From the human T2T-CHM13v2.0 reference genome, Homo sapiens, in NCBI RefSeq assembly GCF_009914755.1, contig NC_060929.1: a stretch of 64,000 nucleotides of DNA; one strand, 5' to 3'. Of the stretch, positions 57,648-64,000 are shown in pieces (within the stretch, counting starts at the first letter, position 1; each line of letters starts with the position of its first letter). Position numbers and translations under genes: made by a program. The notes under the pieces are model-generated. The model ran no database searches and had not been told where the DNA came from. It saw only the letters and a program-made list of their open reading frames with translations.

Positions 57648-57939
57648 GGAGTTAAAAAATACAATTCAGTTGAGTACTAGAAATGTAACTGAATACTCAC
57701 CCCTCTTGCTTGGGCTTTCTTTATGTTGAAAATCAGCCTGTGTCACATGTGTTGTTATGAGTTACTGTGATACTGGCAATATACATTTGGGGAAGAAATG
57801 AAAGGTTTTCCTTCCGATCTCATTTTCTTCTTAACTACTGAACACTATCACAGCAGTTCTGGAACTGCTTAGTCAATTGGTTGTTTTCCTTATGTATGAA
57901 ATAAAGTAAAATGTAGCAAAAAACCAAAAACCCATAGTA

Positions 57940-58180
57940 ACAATAGCTATGAGTTATTGAGAAGCTACTATGTGAAATAAACACTTTTAACAAACTTGTT
58001 TATTAAGCAAACTTGTTTATTTTAATCCTTTCATCTTCACAATTGTATCCCCATTTTACAGATGAGGAAACTGAGACACACAAAACCTAAGTAACTTGCC
58101 CAAGATTATGGAGCTAATAAGAGGATCACTAATTTAAATGTAGCCACTACCTGGCTCTAGAGACCTCAATTCATTGCTAA
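57940..58180 (-). mobile_element. MIR
   Basis: ccccattttacagatgaggaaactgagacac...aagtaacttgcccaag. Confidence 0.78.
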
Positions 58181-59090
58181 GTTGTTCTGCCTGTACTGTA
58201 TTGTGCTACACTTTACCATAGTTACAGCTTTTGTGGCCTAAATCCCTTTCCCAAGGTTAAAAAAGTCCTCTAAAGGATCCAGTCCAACAATATAGAGCTT
58301 GATAATGAAGTTATATCTTGGATAAAGTAAAATTTATTTCATGTTGAGGCCTCTTTTAACTACTTCTGTCATTTAACAAATATTGCTTAATTTAGTTAAA
58401 TGCATTCCATCATCATGAAAGTGCCCATATAAAAAAAAATCCACATTGAGGCTGTAATAGAATTAGTACAGGGGTACAGTTACTTTGGGTGAAACTACTT
58501 TGACTGAAAAGTGTACCCTGTCTAGAAAGACTAAAAATATTTATCAAGAATAAGGAAGATAGGATAACTTCTGAAACTGTTTCCAAAATAATAATATACT
58601 GAATTCTCAGTAAGAATCAGAACAATGTTTAAGTGCTTATACCAATCAATTAACTTCTGTGACTTTCCTAACTATGAAAGAAGGAAAAAAAAAACCCACC
58701 GTATTAAAGAATCCCTATACACTTTGGTTCACACGAGCGCAAGTGCTTCGCATGTGGTATGTGTACTGAGCAGTAGCAGGAAATGGGAATATAAATATTA
58801 AACGCAGTCGCAGCCCTCAAAAGACCTCTAAGACTTTCCATAGGACTTGGTTTCAGGATGTTTTCCACAGAAAAGCCATCAAATGTTTAAAAAATTGGTG
58901 ATATTTTGGCAAACTTAATACGTATTAGGTTGGTCTTCCAAGATAAGAAATGTTCTTTATAGAAGGAAAGGGGCCGCTAAGGGGGGAAAAAGTGATACGT
59001 ATATTAAAATAACAGAATAGAACACTACAAAAATGCCATATACCCACTTCTTGCTTCATTTTCAGCAGAATGAAGAAAACGAAAACTTTG

Positions 59091-59402
<312 letters not shown>

Positions 59403-59609
59403 TTGAAAATGAAAACCCTTCTAACTCTACTGTGCTCTTCAGGTACAATAATAACTAGATTTAGACGGCTTCAAGAACACCAGAATGTGTGGCTTCTAAT
59501 CTCAGCTGGGACCTTTAAGCTCCTCAGCACTGTCTCCCATTCTTCCCTCTATTCCCAAGGCTCTGACCAACCTTTATATCCCTACACTTAGCAGATGGCC
59601 CTGCCTTTT

Positions 59610-61800
<2,191 letters not shown>

Positions 61801-62913
61801 GCACAGTGTTAGGAGACTGTAGCAACACCTTAGTTACCTGACACAGCTGAGTCAGTGCTCTGTTTTCCTTAGGTTTGGGTTGATGATCAATTTTAAGTTT
61901 TTAATTTTAACATGTGCTTACATCATGCATTGATTTTTCAGGTGTTGGTTACAGGGAGAGATTTTTAGAAAGCCAACACTTTATCATCCGCCAAATTCCA
62001 ATCAATTAACTGTCAACAGTGTCAACACATTCTGAAAGATGCCTTATAGAAATTCAAAAGCTAAGGGCTCGGTGATTCTGGTCAAACATGGCAAATTAAT
62101 TGTACTCATTTATCTTCCTTTTCCAAAATTCCACTAAAATGAAAGTTAAGGGGAGTGGAAAAAAAGGTATAAACCTATAACACCAAAGACTGTAAAAAGC
62201 AGCAGCAGTTCTTAAGTAACTTTAATACAGTTTTCAAAATGTATTAAAGATGGAAAATAGAAGGAATGGTGCCTGGTTTGACAAAACCAAGGAAACTATA
62301 ATAAAAGTGCCTGCAAAGAGGGAACTAAGTGAACAACCTGCTGGCTAGAATTTAGAGGCAAAGGGACTGCAGAGGAGGTGTGAAGTATGCGACTGAAATG
62401 GAGGAACTGACTGAAAGTTTAAATAACAGAGCAATGAAATTCCCACCCCTTCCCACAGTCAATCAACTACCTTTTCCAATAGCAGAAGACAGGAGTGGGG
62501 CCTAAAATAGGAGCACCAGGAGAAAGGCTGCAAACAGAACCCTGTCCCCGCAAAAACCTTCCCATTCCTGGCTTTCAGATTACAGCAGATGATATGCCTC
62601 ATAGGTATATAACAGAAGAATATACTTACCTTGCTCTCAGAATGTCAAGATTAGAACTCTACATTGGAAGAGTCTCCTCTAAAGAAAATGAAGTGTCATA
62701 GAAAAACTTACCATCTTAGACAATAGACCTCCCCAAACTTGGGGACCAGCCAAAAGAATTTTAGCCAGTTCACCACCTAAATATCTAAGATGAAGTCCAC
62801 CAGTGACAGGCCTCACTGATTCACAAAAAGCTTTTAATCACCTTTTTATTATCATACACAGCTGAGGCTCACCAGATATTCCAGAATAGTTTCCAAAATG
62901 AAATAAGAAACTA

Positions 62914-63326
<413 letters not shown>

Positions 63327-63552
63327 CTAGACAGAATAACATAGAAGTAAGTAAGATGTCTTCTAAAAGCAGAAAACTTCAGAAGTCAAAGCAGTATCTG
63401 GTAGTTTAAAACCATACATTCAGAAATATCAAAAAGCAGAACTCTGACCAAGAAATGGGCATAACTGGTAAGTACTGTTAAAAGTAATCAGGTTTAAAAA
63501 GATTAGAGACCAGTTTCAAGTTGTCTTGGATATTTTCCCTTATAAAAAATAG

Positions 63553-63675
63553 AGCTGGGTGCAGTGGCTCATGCCTGTAATCCCAGCACTTTGGGAGGCT
63601 GAGGCGGGTGGATCACCTGAGGTCAGGATTTCGAGACTAGCCTGGCCAACATGGCAAAACCCCGTCTCTACTAAA

Positions 63676-63707
<32 letters not shown>

Positions 63708-63871
63708 AGCCAGGCATGGTGTACTCATCTGTAATCCCAGCTACTCAGGGGACTGAGGCAGGAGAATCATTTGAACCCGGGAGGCGGAGGTTGCAGTGAG
63801 CCAAGATCGTGTACTGCAGCCCAGGAGACAGAGTAAGGCTCTGTCTCAAAGAAAAAAAAAAAAAAAAAAAA
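63553..63871 (+). mobile_element. AluSx-like element with (TAAA)n middle linker
   Basis: Dimeric Alu with poly(A). Confidence 0.88.
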
Positions 63872-64000
63872 GGCAGCTTAATCAAGTTTTCCTCCCTTAG
63901 TTCAAACTTCTAGTTTTTGCAACTTCAAAAGGAAGGGGCAGCAAGCAAGCAAGCATGCTTCAGGAGTCACTGAAGCTTTTGAATGGACAAAAGTTTCTCA

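Overview
Human genomic DNA: AT-rich, Alu-dense, and carrying a human-specific AluYb8. The whole window lies inside HOMER1, transcribed on the minus strand. It contains about 41 kb of intron 1, coding exons 2-5 (157, 132, 93 and 140 nt; EVH1 domain plus the SPLTP P-motif), and the first ~5.2 kb of intron 5. That intron 5 segment holds the read-through C-terminus and stop codon of the activity-induced short isoform Homer1a (186 aa) and its extended 3'UTR. The rest is interspersed repeats (Alu, L1, L2, MIR, MaLR/ERVL LTRs, hAT and Tigger DNA transposons). Most notable observations: (1) exons 2-5, the known circHomer1 circle, total 522 nt with phase 2 at both ends, so the back-spliced circle has a stop-free, endless EVH1 ORF; (2) a pyrimidine-tract CAG|GTATGT site 112 nt upstream of exon 2 reads either as a recursive splice point or as the donor of an in-frame alternative N-terminal exon; (3) inverted Alus lie in the Homer1a 3'UTR region and flank the circle. 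Gene identity comes from recognising the protein. Repeat subfamily names are by-eye assignments and their boundaries are approximate.
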